From: Candidatus Micrarchaeota archaeon
GTDB lineage: Archaea; Micrarchaeota; Micrarchaeia; Norongarragalinales; Norongarragalinaceae
Direction of reading: 5' to 3'
Assembly: GCA_964408425.1 (NCBI GenBank)
Contig: CAYOZI010000004.1
Location: 1-47,327 of the forward strand
Length of the DNA stretch: 47,327 nt
This document shows, piece after piece, positions 33,625-44,167 of the stretch; position 1 is the first letter of the stretch, and every line of letters starts with the position of its first letter. A program made the position numbers and the translations under genes. Below the pieces are notes generated by a model that was given only the letters and a program-made list of their open reading frames with translations, had not been told where the DNA came from and ran no database searches.

Positions 33625-34461
33625 ATGGCTTCGCTGTTGAAAGACAAGGTATTCCTGTACACCGCCGCTTTTTCCTTTCTCCTGGCGGTTTCCGAATTGT
33701 TTTTCGTGAAAACCCAGCTGGTTTACCTGACGCTCTTGTTCTTTGTTACACTGACGTTGCCCTCCTTGCTCCTGTTTTTCTATCGTGAGTACGAGATAGA
33801 AAAACGCCAGGGGGAGATTGACGCCTCGCTTCCGGCGGCGTTGTTCCAAATCGCCTCGTTCCCCCGCAAAACCCCTGTTGAAAAAATCTTCGAGTCGATC
33901 GCGAAAAGCGATTTCGGGCCGTTGAGCGTGGAGTTCGCCAAAGCGCTGAAGCAAATCCAAGCCGGCTATTCCGTCAAGGACGCGTTGGAAGCTATGCAAA
34001 AGCGCAATTCCTCGGCATTGCTCAACCGCACTTGCTCCATGCTATCGAAATTCTACCGTTCCGGAGCGGATTCAAGCGTGGCTTTCAAGGAAACGGCGGA
34101 AGACGTTTACTCGCTTCAAGAGATAGTTAGGGAAACTTCAGCTTCCTTTTCGCTTCAGAAATACACCCTGCTGATAGGCGGGGCGGTTCTCGTGCCGGTA
34201 ATCCTCGCTTTGCTTTACTCCGCTTCCGCTTCTTTGCAGCAGAGTTTTGCGGAAGACGTTCTCGAAATGCATTCCGACCCGGCGCTGCAACAAGCCGTAT
34301 TGTTCGGAAACCAGGCGTACCTCGCCATCTTCGCCCTCGTGGCGAGCGTTTTCATAGCGCGTTCGGAGGAAAAGCCGAGGAAAGCGGTGCTGTATTTCGC
34401 CGTAATGCTTCCCTTATCCCTCTTGCTGTTCAACCTCGTGCGGGGGGCAATAATAATATAA
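33625..34461 (+). CDS. Second T2SS F-domain membrane protein (platform half)
   Basis: The start abuts the previous stop. LPAALFQIASF...VKDALEAMQKR, flanked by TM helices. Confidence 0.65.
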   Translation: MASLLKDKVFLYTAAFSFLLAVSELFFVKTQLVYLTLLFFVTLTLPSLLLFFYREYEIEKRQGEIDASLPAALFQIASFPRKTPVEKIFESIAKSDFGPLSVEFAKALKQIQAGYSVKDALEAMQKRNSSALLNRTCSMLSKFYRSGADSSVAFKETAEDVYSLQEIVRETSASFSLQKYTLLIGGAVLVPVILALLYSASASLQQSFAEDVLEMHSDPALQQAVLFGNQAYLAIFALVASVFIARSEEKPRKAVLYFAVMLPLSLLLFNLVRGAIII

Positions 34462-34514
34462 TTCTCCCCCTAATGCAAAACGGTTCGTTTTTGCTTTAAC
34501 GCGGTGATGGGAAA

Positions 34515-35240
34515 ATGATGGTTGAGATCAAGGAAATAGAAAAAGTGAATTTGAAAAACCCGATTGTGATAGAAGGGTTTCCGGGCATAGGGATGGTCGG
34601 ACCAATTGCAGCTTCGTTCCTCGCAGGAAGGCCGTGCATGAAGCTCGTCGGTTATATTTCGTCAACCCACTTTCCGCCGATTGCAGCAATCCACGATTAC
34701 AAGCCCGTTTCGCCCGCCCGGGTTTACGCTTGCGAAGACCACAACATGATCGTATTGTTTTCCGAATTCGTCATTCCATCGGAAATCGTCCTTCCCCTGG
34801 CGCGGGAGCTGATTGAATACGCGAGGAAGAAAAAGGCCAAGGCGATCTACAGCCTGGCCGGAATAGCATCTGAACTGCCCCAGGACACGATTCACGGCAT
34901 CGCTTCAACCCCAGCCGTTTTCTCGAAATTAAAGTCGGGCGGGGTGGAATTGATCAAGGAAGGCGCTACTCAGGGGGTTTCCGGAGTGTTGATAGCCGAA
35001 TGCGCGGCCCAGAAGTTTCCGGCGGCGAACTTGATGATAGAAACTAACAAGCCATTGGACCCTTCAGGTTGCGCCAGGCTGTTGGATTTTCTGGGGAAAA
35101 TGGCCGGATTCAAAATCGACACGAAGCCCCTGAACAAGGAAGGAGAACAAGTGGAACAAAAGATGAAGGATGCGATAGAAAAAATGCAATCCCTGCACAA
35201 GGATTACAAGCAGATGGAAGAAAACCCGATGTACGGGTAG
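34515..35240 (+). CDS. PAC2-family (proteasome assembly chaperone-like) protein
   Basis: The N-terminal IVIEGFPGIGMVGPIAASFL motif is typical of the archaeal PAC2/COG1938 family. Confidence 0.75.
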   Translation: MMVEIKEIEKVNLKNPIVIEGFPGIGMVGPIAASFLAGRPCMKLVGYISSTHFPPIAAIHDYKPVSPARVYACEDHNMIVLFSEFVIPSEIVLPLARELIEYARKKKAKAIYSLAGIASELPQDTIHGIASTPAVFSKLKSGGVELIKEGATQGVSGVLIAECAAQKFPAANLMIETNKPLDPSGCARLLDFLGKMAGFKIDTKPLNKEGEQVEQKMKDAIEKMQSLHKDYKQMEENPMYG

Positions 35241-35245
35241 TAGAA

Positions 35246-35707
35246 ATGAAGATAACTATTGCTTCGGTCAAGGACGCGCCGGCGTTGGCGAGGCTGGGGC
35301 TGCAGCTTTCAAAATCCACTTCCTCGATTGCAAAATTCAAGCTGAAGAAAAACGCCCTTTCCAAAATCCGCGGTTTCCTGAAACGGCGAATGAAAAAAAG
35401 AAAGGACGTTTTGTTCAAAGCCGAGGATGGGGGGAACATCGTCGGTTACGTGCGTTTGACGGTAAAGAAGGAAAACCCGATTTACGACGACGCTTTTCTA
35501 ACCGTTTGCGATTTGATTGTGGATGAGGGGCATAGGGGAAAAGGCGTTGGAAGCGCTTTGCTGGAAAAATGCTTTTCTTACGCAAAAAGAAAAGGGAAAA
35601 CGATAATCCGGATTTCGGCTTACGTCAAGAACGCGGGGGCTTTGGGCTTGTACAAGAACAAGGGCTTTAGAGATTTCCACGTTACCCTGCAAAAGCCAAT
35701 TAAATGA
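35246..35707 (+). CDS. GNAT-family N-acetyltransferase
   Basis: LIVDEGHRGKGVGSALLEK acetyl-CoA motif A. ATG at 35246; the track ORF extends upstream into the PAC2 gene. Confidence 0.8.
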   Translation: MKITIASVKDAPALARLGLQLSKSTSSIAKFKLKKNALSKIRGFLKRRMKKRKDVLFKAEDGGNIVGYVRLTVKKENPIYDDAFLTVCDLIVDEGHRGKGVGSALLEKCFSYAKRKGKTIIRISAYVKNAGALGLYKNKGFRDFHVTLQKPIK

Positions 35708-35731
35708 CGCCAAGCACGATTTTTGTTGGAC

Positions 35732-35846
35732 GCAGGGGTAGCAAAGCCTGGTCAAATGCGATGGGTTTAGGCGGGTTTCAAGAAATTGAAATTCCTAGAA
35801 AACCCATTCCCCTAGGGGTTCGTGGGTTCAAATCCCTCCCCCTGCA
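35732..35846 (+). tRNA. tRNA-Leu(UAG), class II with a long variable arm, carrying a 30-nt intron at 37/38
   Basis: Acceptor stem GCAGGGG/CCCCTGC. Anticodon stem ATGGG/CCCAT. Loop TT-TAG-G. Intron 35772..35801. BHB: UUUA/UAGA central helix with bulges gg|c and aa|a. Variable arm CCCC-TA-GGGG. Confidence 0.85.
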
Positions 35847-35883
35847 CTACTTAAACAGGTCGATAAAACAAAGGTGTTGTAAA

Positions 35884-36276
35884 ATGGGAATAACTAATGA
35901 GAATTTGATTGAAAAGGCAAAAAAAGTGGCCAAATTACATAAAGCATCGAAAGAGGTTAGAATTGGAGATGTCGGCTGCGCATTAATCACCGATAAAAAT
36001 AACGTCTATGTCGGTGCGAGCATTCACGCCTGTTGTGGCGTGGGATTTTGTGCAGAACACAGCGCTATTGCAGGCATGGTAACTAACCGCGAATATAGAC
36101 TTAAAAAAATCGTAGCCGTTTCGGATGACGGGACTGTATTGCCTCCTTGTGGGAGATGCAGAGAATTAATGTATCAAATCAACGAGAGTAATTGGAATAC
36201 AGAGATAATTCTTGGAAAAAACAATGTGGTCAGGCTTAAAGATTTACTTCCAAATCCTTGGCAGAAAAGGTTGTAG
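35884..36276 (+). CDS. cdd: Cytidine/deoxycytidine deaminase (small tetrameric CDA / blasticidin-S deaminase type)
   Basis: CAEHSAIAGMV and PCGRCRELM zinc-ligand motifs; 130 aa. About 35-40% GC by sampled 60-nt lines. Confidence 0.8.
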   Translation: MGITNENLIEKAKKVAKLHKASKEVRIGDVGCALITDKNNVYVGASIHACCGVGFCAEHSAIAGMVTNREYRLKKIVAVSDDGTVLPPCGRCRELMYQINESNWNTEIILGKNNVVRLKDLLPNPWQKRL

Positions 36277-36324
36277 CGCAAAATGAATGTTTTGCCGCCA
36301 AGGTAGTTACCCAACTACAGACGC

Positions 36325-36345
36325 TCAAATCCCTCCCCCTGCACT
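36325..36345 (+). repeat. 21-nt direct repeat of the tRNA-Leu 3' end (att-like)
   Basis: TCAAATCCCTCCCCCTGCACT at 35828-35848 (T-loop and 3' acceptor strand of tRNA-Leu) recurs exactly at 36325-36345. Confidence 0.8.
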
Positions 36346-37067
36346 TACTCTTTGCCTATTTCATTCCAAATTCCGTAGAAAAATGCGCGCATGTCGTCAG
36401 ACAACTGCTTTGACTTTATGAGAAATCCAAAAGGCTTATCGGCCCATTCTAAAAAAGCTATCTTGTCCTCACAAATACTAATGCTTTTAGGGATTGGACG
36501 GTTTGTAAACCGCATCTTTATGCCCCTACCTTTAAACAACGATGCAAGTTTTTTCGGTGCGATGCCTTTTACTTCGAGTTTCCTTCCACGTCGTTTGAGG
36601 TCGTATTTCCTGAAGTAATTCTGCATTTCCTCATTGTGACCTTCTTTGTTAGCCGTGAAGAACAAATATTCGCTATATGGAGAAACGTTTCCAATTAATT
36701 CGTCAAACATTACATTTCTGCCTTTTATTCCCTCAAAAACTTCGACCCATCGGTCTTCAACCGCACCCTCATGGCGTCTAAGCAGTTCTGGCAGGGCTGC
36801 CTCTAAGTCGCCCTTTTGTTCGTCAATCATTCTTATTATGTTTTTTGGAGATTTTGCCGTGTAAGTTCTGATCCCACCACTAACGACGTAACTAACCAGT
36901 CCCTTGGTTATCAACTTTCTAAGGCAAAAGTGGACTACTGAATTCTGTAAACCACTTTTTTCTATTATTTTTCCGGCCCGTGCGCTTCCAAGTTCTAGCA
37001 ATGCGAGGTAAATTTCAGCCTCGCTGGGCGTGAAACCCACTTTTTCGAGTACTGCCTTAACTTCCAT
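36345..37067 (-). CDS. TrmB-family transcriptional regulator
   Basis: LEKVGFTPSEAEIYLALLELGSARAGKIIEKSGLQNSVVHFCLRKLITKGLV is a TrmB wHTH, followed by a C-terminal sensor-like domain. Confidence 0.8.
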   Translation of the reverse strand: MEVKAVLEKVGFTPSEAEIYLALLELGSARAGKIIEKSGLQNSVVHFCLRKLITKGLVSYVVSGGIRTYTAKSPKNIIRMIDEQKGDLEAALPELLRRHEGAVEDRWVEVFEGIKGRNVMFDELIGNVSPYSEYLFFTANKEGHNEEMQNYFRKYDLKRRGRKLEVKGIAPKKLASLFKGRGIKMRFTNRPIPKSISICEDKIAFLEWADKPFGFLIKSKQLSDDMRAFFYGIWNEIGKE

Positions 37068-37161
37068 ACGCTATCCTTGTTTTTTCGATTTTTAAAGTTA
37101 TCCTCCAATTTTGGAGGATTAATGGTTATCTGTTTGGCCGAGCGGATAGAATAGGTGAAAA

Positions 37162-38151
37162 ATGGTGGCGTCAAAACTAGTGGTGTTGGCATTGTTGCTT
37201 TTGGCTCTCATAGCTGCCGGTTTTTTCATTCTCAACCCGGAGCCTACGTCTGAAGCAAATGGCTTTGACCGCGTGTCGGTTAGACTGAAATGGCTGCATC
37301 AAGCCCAGTTTGCCGGAGTGTATTATGCCCAAGAAGCTGGTTTCTACAAGAGCGAGGGTCTTGACGTTGAGATCAACGAGGGTGGCGTAGATTATCCGTC
37401 TGTCCAAATGGTTGCATCAGGGTCCGATGATTTTGGAATAACCTCCGCTTCTAGCTTGCTCATGGCGCGTGAAAAGAAAATTCCGGTCGTGGGCATAGCT
37501 GTAATTTATCGTAAGACCCCCTCCGTATTTTTTGCTTTGAATAGTTCAAACATAACGACTCCGAAGGACTTTGAGGGGAAGAGCGTTGGAATCAAATACG
37601 GTTCTGAAGACGAACTGGTCTGGAATCTTCTAGTTCAAAAAACCGGGATAAATATCTCGAGGGTGGACGTCGTGCCAGTAAAGTATTACCTAACGCCGTT
37701 TTTTGCTGGAAGCGTTGACGTGTGGACTGGTTACGCTATCAATGAACTTATTGCCGCGCAAGAAAAAGGTTTCAATGTTACGGTGATAAACCCAAACGAT
37801 TATGGGATCGAGTTGTACGATGACACTATAATCACTTCAGAACGCACGCTACGGGAGCATCCTGATGTAGTAAACAAATTCGTGCGAGCCACCTTGAAGG
37901 GTTGGGAGGAAGCTGCGACTAACTGGGAAACAGCTGTAGAATATACGCTGAAGTACCAGCCTAAAACTACGTCAAGCCACGAGACGAAGATGCTTGTTGC
38001 CAGCATTCCTCTAATCGTTTCAAGCCAGTCCAGCATAGGCTGGATAGATCAACACGTGTTGAATTCAATGCAGGATCTACTCTTAAGCCAAGAGCAAATG
38101 CACTCTAAAATTGACGTTCGCACTGCTTTCACGAACGAATTTGTAGGGTGA
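37162..38151 (+). CDS. ABC transporter substrate-binding protein, NMT1/THI5 (ThiY/NitT/TauT) family
   Basis: N-terminal anchor, RLKWLHQAQFAGVYYAQEAGFYKSEGLDVEINEGG. Confidence 0.8.
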   Translation: MVASKLVVLALLLLALIAAGFFILNPEPTSEANGFDRVSVRLKWLHQAQFAGVYYAQEAGFYKSEGLDVEINEGGVDYPSVQMVASGSDDFGITSASSLLMAREKKIPVVGIAVIYRKTPSVFFALNSSNITTPKDFEGKSVGIKYGSEDELVWNLLVQKTGINISRVDVVPVKYYLTPFFAGSVDVWTGYAINELIAAQEKGFNVTVINPNDYGIELYDDTIITSERTLREHPDVVNKFVRATLKGWEEAATNWETAVEYTLKYQPKTTSSHETKMLVASIPLIVSSQSSIGWIDQHVLNSMQDLLLSQEQMHSKIDVRTAFTNEFVG

Positions 38152-38157
38152 AATCAT

Positions 38158-38922
38158 ATGCCTGCAATAAGTTTTCAGTCCGTTTCAAAAGAGTTTAAGC
38201 ATGGCAGTTCTATCAATAAAGTGCTTAACGGCATTACTTTCAACGCCAACAACCGGGAGTTTGTTTCTATAGTCGGACCTTCGGGATGCGGAAAAACAAC
38301 TATACTGAAACTCATTAGCGGGCTGTCTGAGCCCGATGGCGGGAGAATAACGATTTTTGACAAGCGCCCAGTTGACGCAAGCCGCAACAGGCTCTTCGGA
38401 ATGGTTTTCCAAGATTTGGCGCTCTTCCCTTGGCTTACCGCAGCGGAAAACGTTGCCTTGCCTATAAAAATAAAACGCGATAGTGCATATTCCGACCAGA
38501 GCATTATTCGCGCTCTTAGTGCGGTTGGGCTTGGAGATTTTGCAAAGCATTTTCCAGACCAGCTAAGCGGCGGGATGAAACAAAAGCTCGCACTAGCCCG
38601 ATGTCTGGTGATAAACCCCAAAATAATGCTTTTAGACGAACCGTTCGCAAATCTTGACGAGCTTACGCGCCACAAGCTGGATGTGGACTTGAGTCTGTTG
38701 TTTGAAAACTCAACTAAGCCGTTGAGTTCCATAGTTTTAGTTACCCATTCTATCGACGAGGCGGTTTTCCTTTCGGATAAGGTCATAGTCGTTTCAGGCC
38801 CGCCGTCTAAAGTGATGGAAATAGTTAACATTCCGCTAGAACGACCTCGTAAAAAAGAATTGAGGCACTCGAAAAAGTTTTTTGAGCTTACCGGGAAAAT
38901 ACGCCAATTGTGCGGTGGCTGA
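38158..38922 (+). CDS. ABC transporter ATP-binding protein (NitT/TauT family)
   Basis: Walker A GPSGCGKTT, signature LSGGMKQK, Walker B MLLDEP. Confidence 0.9.
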   Translation: MPAISFQSVSKEFKHGSSINKVLNGITFNANNREFVSIVGPSGCGKTTILKLISGLSEPDGGRITIFDKRPVDASRNRLFGMVFQDLALFPWLTAAENVALPIKIKRDSAYSDQSIIRALSAVGLGDFAKHFPDQLSGGMKQKLALARCLVINPKIMLLDEPFANLDELTRHKLDVDLSLLFENSTKPLSSIVLVTHSIDEAVFLSDKVIVVSGPPSKVMEIVNIPLERPRKKELRHSKKFFELTGKIRQLCGG

Positions 38923-39656
38923 CAATGCAAAAGCAAATACTGCCACTGGCATTTTTAGTGTCAATAATAATAGTGTGGCAGGCTGGCGCGGTGTTTTTCC
39001 AGATTCCTGGTTATCTGCTGCCCAAACCAACCGAAATTCTATCGGAATTTTATAATACGCCGGGTTTAGTGGGCGATTTTTGGATCACGTTCGTCGAAGC
39101 TTTTTTTGGTTTGCTCTTGGGCAGTTTTGCTGCCATACTGCTTGCAGTTCTGTTCGTTTATTCGACTACCGCCCACGATGCTTTGTTTCCAATCGCCGTG
39201 GCTTTAAAGTCAGTTCCAATAGTCGCGCTAGCCCCCTTGATGCTCTTATGGGTTGGAACGGGTTTGGAATCTAAAATAATCATGTCTGCCTTAATGAGTT
39301 TCTTTCCAGTGCTAGTCAACACCACAATAGGATTGCAGTCTATCGGAAAGTCCCATCTTGAATCCCTGCTTCACTTGGGTGCAAGCGAACTTCAGATTCT
39401 TGCCCACCTGCGTTTTCCAGTGGCCCTGCCGTACTTTTTTTCAGCCTTAAAAATTTCCGCAACTTTGGCTGTAGTTGGTGCAATAGTCGCCGAAATGGTT
39501 GGCGCAAAAAGCGGCTTGGGCTTTTTTCTAATAATCTCTACATATCACTTTGAAACCGCGAAGGTTTTCGCTGCACTGATATTAAGCGCCTTTCTCGGAA
39601 ACCTGTTTGTTTTTGCTGTGTCGGCCATCGAAAGTCTAACTTATCCGCGCAGATAA
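38910..39656 (+). CDS. ABC transporter permease (NitT/TauT family)
   Basis: 248 aa, about 6 TM helices, EAA-like loop (LGASELQILAHLRFPVALPY). Overlaps the ATPase gene by 13 nt. Confidence 0.8.
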   Translation: MRWLTMQKQILPLAFLVSIIIVWQAGAVFFQIPGYLLPKPTEILSEFYNTPGLVGDFWITFVEAFFGLLLGSFAAILLAVLFVYSTTAHDALFPIAVALKSVPIVALAPLMLLWVGTGLESKIIMSALMSFFPVLVNTTIGLQSIGKSHLESLLHLGASELQILAHLRFPVALPYFFSALKISATLAVVGAIVAEMVGAKSGLGFFLIISTYHFETAKVFAALILSAFLGNLFVFAVSAIESLTYPRR

Positions 39657-39726
39657 CTCATTTGCCCCCTCCCGCATATTTTAATGGTCTTCCTCCGTTA
39701 GGACAATAGCTTTCATTTGGAAGAAC

Positions 39727-40155
39727 GTGGTTTTATTGAAAAAGACTCCTGTGAAATCGGTCGAGAAAAGGAAGCTCATGCGCAAATTCCTGGCTGCGAA
39801 GGTTTCCAGTGTGCGTTTTTCCAAAAACCGGGTTTCCCTAGATTTTTCGGGCTACAGGGTTTCCGACTCCATCGTCGTGAAGAGGGAGAAGTTCGTGGCG
39901 GACTGGAGCAGGCGCAGGAAAGACATTTTCATCGACAGGGAAATACTGGGCAAGGATAGGGAGAAATCGTTCAGGGCTTTGTGCGTCCACGAGGTTGTCG
40001 AAAAGTTCTTGTGTGAAAAATTCAGGCTTAGCCTGGACGACGCGCACAAGGTCGCAACTCGAAAGGAAAAAGAGTATCTCGAGAAGATAGGCGGCAACTG
40101 GCGGAGCCACGAGCTGATCGTATATTGGGACTGGCACTTGCACGGGGAAAAGTGA
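39727..40155 (+). CDS. Hypothetical protein (142 aa)
   Basis: Clean ORF with protein-like composition. It contains a VHEVVEKF segment (HExxE-like) but I recognise no family. Confidence 0.4.
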   Translation: MVLLKKTPVKSVEKRKLMRKFLAAKVSSVRFSKNRVSLDFSGYRVSDSIVVKREKFVADWSRRRKDIFIDREILGKDREKSFRALCVHEVVEKFLCEKFRLSLDDAHKVATRKEKEYLEKIGGNWRSHELIVYWDWHLHGEK

Positions 40156-40162
40156 TTTTGCG

Positions 40163-40870
40163 ATGGAATTCGAAAAAGTATTTCTTGAGGACGGGGGTTT
40201 CTACTGGACGTGGAGGGACGTCGACTTCATGCCATACGCGTGGCTTGAGGAAAAAGACCTGACAAAACTTCCTCTGCCTTTTTACGTGCAGGACATCCAT
40301 CCAGACTGCCCTGTAGGGTTCGAGTGCGAAGGCGAGGAAAGCAAGACGAACGAAATCCTTCTCCCGGATTCTTTCGAGGAACTGAAGCTGGATAATGATT
40401 TGCGCAAGGACTTGAGGAGGATAGAGAAAAAAAATTCCTCGACGGAAATCGTTCCGAACGAGAAAAACGCTTTGGAAAAGGCTGGAAAATGGTTTCTGGA
40501 TCTTTGGAATGAAGAGCCTGTGGAATTCAAGCGGAGGTTGCTAGTGTGGAAGGGAGTTTCCACCCTCAGCGCGTACTCGGGAGAAAAGCTTCTAGGCGTT
40601 CATATTTCCATTCCTGCTAAAAACGGGCTGGATTACCTTGGATGTTGGTGGGACCGTTCGAGCAAAAGCCTTTCCATACCCACGTTCCTCTTGATGAAAG
40701 ACGTCGAACGGGCGATATCGATGAATCTGTCGTTCTACGACTTGGGGGTAGGGGACGAGCCTTACAAGAAACAGTGGGGGGTCGTTGAACGACAAACAAA
40801 GTACTATGCCGCGATGAAACCGCCCCTAGCAAAAAAGCTGGGGCTCAAGCGATTTGTCGACATTGCCTGA
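40163..40870 (+). CDS. GNAT-fold acetyltransferase of the CelD/BcsL (Acetyltransf_6, FemAB-like) type
   Basis: The C-terminal FYDLGVGDEPYKKQWG motif is characteristic of this family. Confidence 0.6.
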   Translation: MEFEKVFLEDGGFYWTWRDVDFMPYAWLEEKDLTKLPLPFYVQDIHPDCPVGFECEGEESKTNEILLPDSFEELKLDNDLRKDLRRIEKKNSSTEIVPNEKNALEKAGKWFLDLWNEEPVEFKRRLLVWKGVSTLSAYSGEKLLGVHISIPAKNGLDYLGCWWDRSSKSLSIPTFLLMKDVERAISMNLSFYDLGVGDEPYKKQWGVVERQTKYYAAMKPPLAKKLGLKRFVDIA

Positions 40871-40876
40871 TTCTTT

Positions 40877-41131
40877 TCAGTAGTTCTGGCGCTTCCAAAA
40901 CCACTTTACGATCAAGCCTATTGCCAAGAGCGTGATTGCAAGCGGGAACCAAGGCAGGCTGAAATTCCACCAGCCCAAATCGTTGCCCAGCCAGCTTCCT
41001 CCGATCAAAAGCAGGATTATTCCGAACAACAATTTTCCGAAACCCTTTCCGTGCATTCCGCCGTAACCACAACAGCATTTTCCGCCGCCGCAGTTTCCGC
41101 AATCGCACTCTTCTTCCTTCGCGTTTTTCAT
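40877..41131 (-). CDS. Small membrane protein with a Cys-rich N-terminus (CDCGNCGGGKCCCG) and a DUF5668-like two-helix tail
   Basis: MKNAKEEECDCGNCGGGKCCCGYGGMHGKGFGKLLFGIILLLIGGSWLGNDLGWWNF... The start could be the ATG at 41129-31 or the TTG at 41149. Confidence 0.5.
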   Translation of the reverse strand: MKNAKEEECDCGNCGGGKCCCGYGGMHGKGFGKLLFGIILLLIGGSWLGNDLGWWNFSLPWFPLAITLLAIGLIVKWFWKRQNY

Positions 41132-41192
41132 TTTCCTAGGCACTAGCAATCACCTTCAAACTTTCTAACGAAAGCAGGGCTTAAAAAAACTT

Positions 41193-41783
41193 TTATTTCA
41201 AGCGTCCTACCAAACCGGCTTTGAAAATCCGCTCGTCCGCCTTTCGCAAAACCTTTTCCGTTTTAGCGCTTATCGTCTTGAAACGTGGTTGTTCCGCCAG
41301 CAAATCGCTTATTTTGTGCAAAGGTTTTTCGGAATACTTCCAATCCAACCCGGTTTTGTTCAAATCCAGCGGCTCGGAGTAATAGCGGAGGGTCTTGCGT
41401 TTCTTGAAATTGTAATAATGGTCGAAGTAAGACAAAACCAATTCCCGTATTGAAGAGAAAACCGGTTCCCTGTACCGCAATCCCGAGAAATTGCTTTTCG
41501 CGATGGAACCCCACTTTCCGTAGAGTTGGAAGGGAACGATAATGTGGTCTTCATCCCTGACGGCAATCAAATCCACGAGCAACGGCGGAAAACCGTGTTT
41601 TTCCAGCGCAGCCGCCGCGATCAACGCTCCCTCCAGGCAATGCGCTTTTTTCAAGGAAAACGCTTTGAAAGCGGAATAAGCGGTTTCCCCCTTGTTGTAT
41701 TGCATTGAATCCAGGTAATCTTGGATTTTAGGCGGAGTGTTCAGCCTGGCCAGTGTTTTTTCGAATTGCGCGTGCATAACCAA
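41193..41783 (-). CDS. Transglutaminase-like (papain-fold Cys-His-Asp) superfamily protein
   Basis: KKAHCLEGALIAAAAL followed by RDEDHIIV is spaced like the transglutaminase-core Cys...His...Asp triad. Confidence 0.45.
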   Translation of the reverse strand: MVMHAQFEKTLARLNTPPKIQDYLDSMQYNKGETAYSAFKAFSLKKAHCLEGALIAAAALEKHGFPPLLVDLIAVRDEDHIIVPFQLYGKWGSIAKSNFSGLRYREPVFSSIRELVLSYFDHYYNFKKRKTLRYYSEPLDLNKTGLDWKYSEKPLHKISDLLAEQPRFKTISAKTEKVLRKADERIFKAGLVGRLK

Positions 41784-41867
41784 TCGTCTCGGTTAGGGGA
41801 AATAAAAAACCGCGTCTTTCAAAAGAGTTTTAAAGTTTTTCAGCTTACTTGCTTCGGTGGTTGGAAT

Positions 41868-42098
41868 ATGGTCCTTCGAAAGGCTTTGGAAAAAATGAAG
41901 TTGAAGCACACTATCCATGAGGTTCCAGGTATGCCTGGTTTTCACGACCTTCACGTTTCTGGCATAGACCAAGAGGCGTTCATAAAAATACTCAACGTCA
42001 TCGACAACGAGAAAAATCCGTACAAAATCATAATGCACCAGTACGACGGGATTCAAGGGACGCTTAAAGCCCGGTTGCGAGTTCTTCCCAAAGCGTGA
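41868..42098 (+). CDS. Small hypothetical protein (76 aa)
   Basis: ATG at 41868 inside track ORF 41721..42098. A competing antisense ORF exists at 41793..42056. The strand was chosen on composition only. Confidence 0.3.
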   Translation: MVLRKALEKMKLKHTIHEVPGMPGFHDLHVSGIDQEAFIKILNVIDNEKNPYKIIMHQYDGIQGTLKARLRVLPKA

Positions 42099-42175
42099 AT
42101 TAAACCCCCGCGGCTAGCGTTTTACGGTTTTGCGGAACTCTGCCGTTGGAGTGGACTTTGTGGACTTTAGAAACG

Positions 42176-42183
42176 TTTTTATA
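42176..42183 (+). promoter_or_regulatory. Candidate rRNA operon TATA box (TTTTTATA), preceded by a tandem GTGGACTTT repeat
   Basis: TTTTTATA at 42176-83. GTGGACTTT occurs twice at 42151-59 and 42160-68. The site is about 380 nt upstream of the 16S 5' end. Confidence 0.35.
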
Positions 42184-42463
42184 CTATTTTCATGGTTATT
42201 AGTGAGGCATCGATTCGTCAGAACCGGTGTTTTTCTAATGCTGCAGTTCCCGGCAAGCCACAGTCGAGTTTCTCTGTGACTAAAACCCCTTTTAAAAGGC
42301 GTTTTAGGAGTTTGCGTACCATGACTGGCTCTGCTGTTGATTCCGCTGCAGCGAGCATGGGCACTCAAACCAAGATCACGCTCTTCCATCTCAAAATGGA
42401 TGGCGGTTTTCATTTGGGTTCGACGTAGGGGAAGAAGGAGTATTGAATCACATCAACTCTTTA

Positions 42464-42478
42464 GGACGCCAATTTTCC
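42464..42478 (+). other. 5' arm of the 16S processing stem (pairs with 44268..44282)
   Basis: GGACGCCAATTTTCC is complementary at 14 of 15 positions to GGAAAAATGGCGTCC at 44268-82, and the two arms bracket the 16S gene. Confidence 0.6.
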
Positions 42479-42563
42479 TAGAAGTTAAGTTGGGATCTTA
42501 GAATGCGATTACGCCATCCTTACGCTCGAAACAACGCTATTTTCGAGTTTTATGTAAAGGATA

Positions 42564-44167
<1,604 letters not shown>

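Noticed and set aside
42190-42430. Possible structured ncRNA (RNase P, SRP or 5S RNA) between the putative rRNA promoter and the 16S
   Set aside because: No GAGGAAAGTCC-type RNase P motif, SRP Alu/S-domain motif or 5S-like motif was found by eye. The region is most simply the 5' external transcribed spacer. A covariance-model scan would be needed to be sure.
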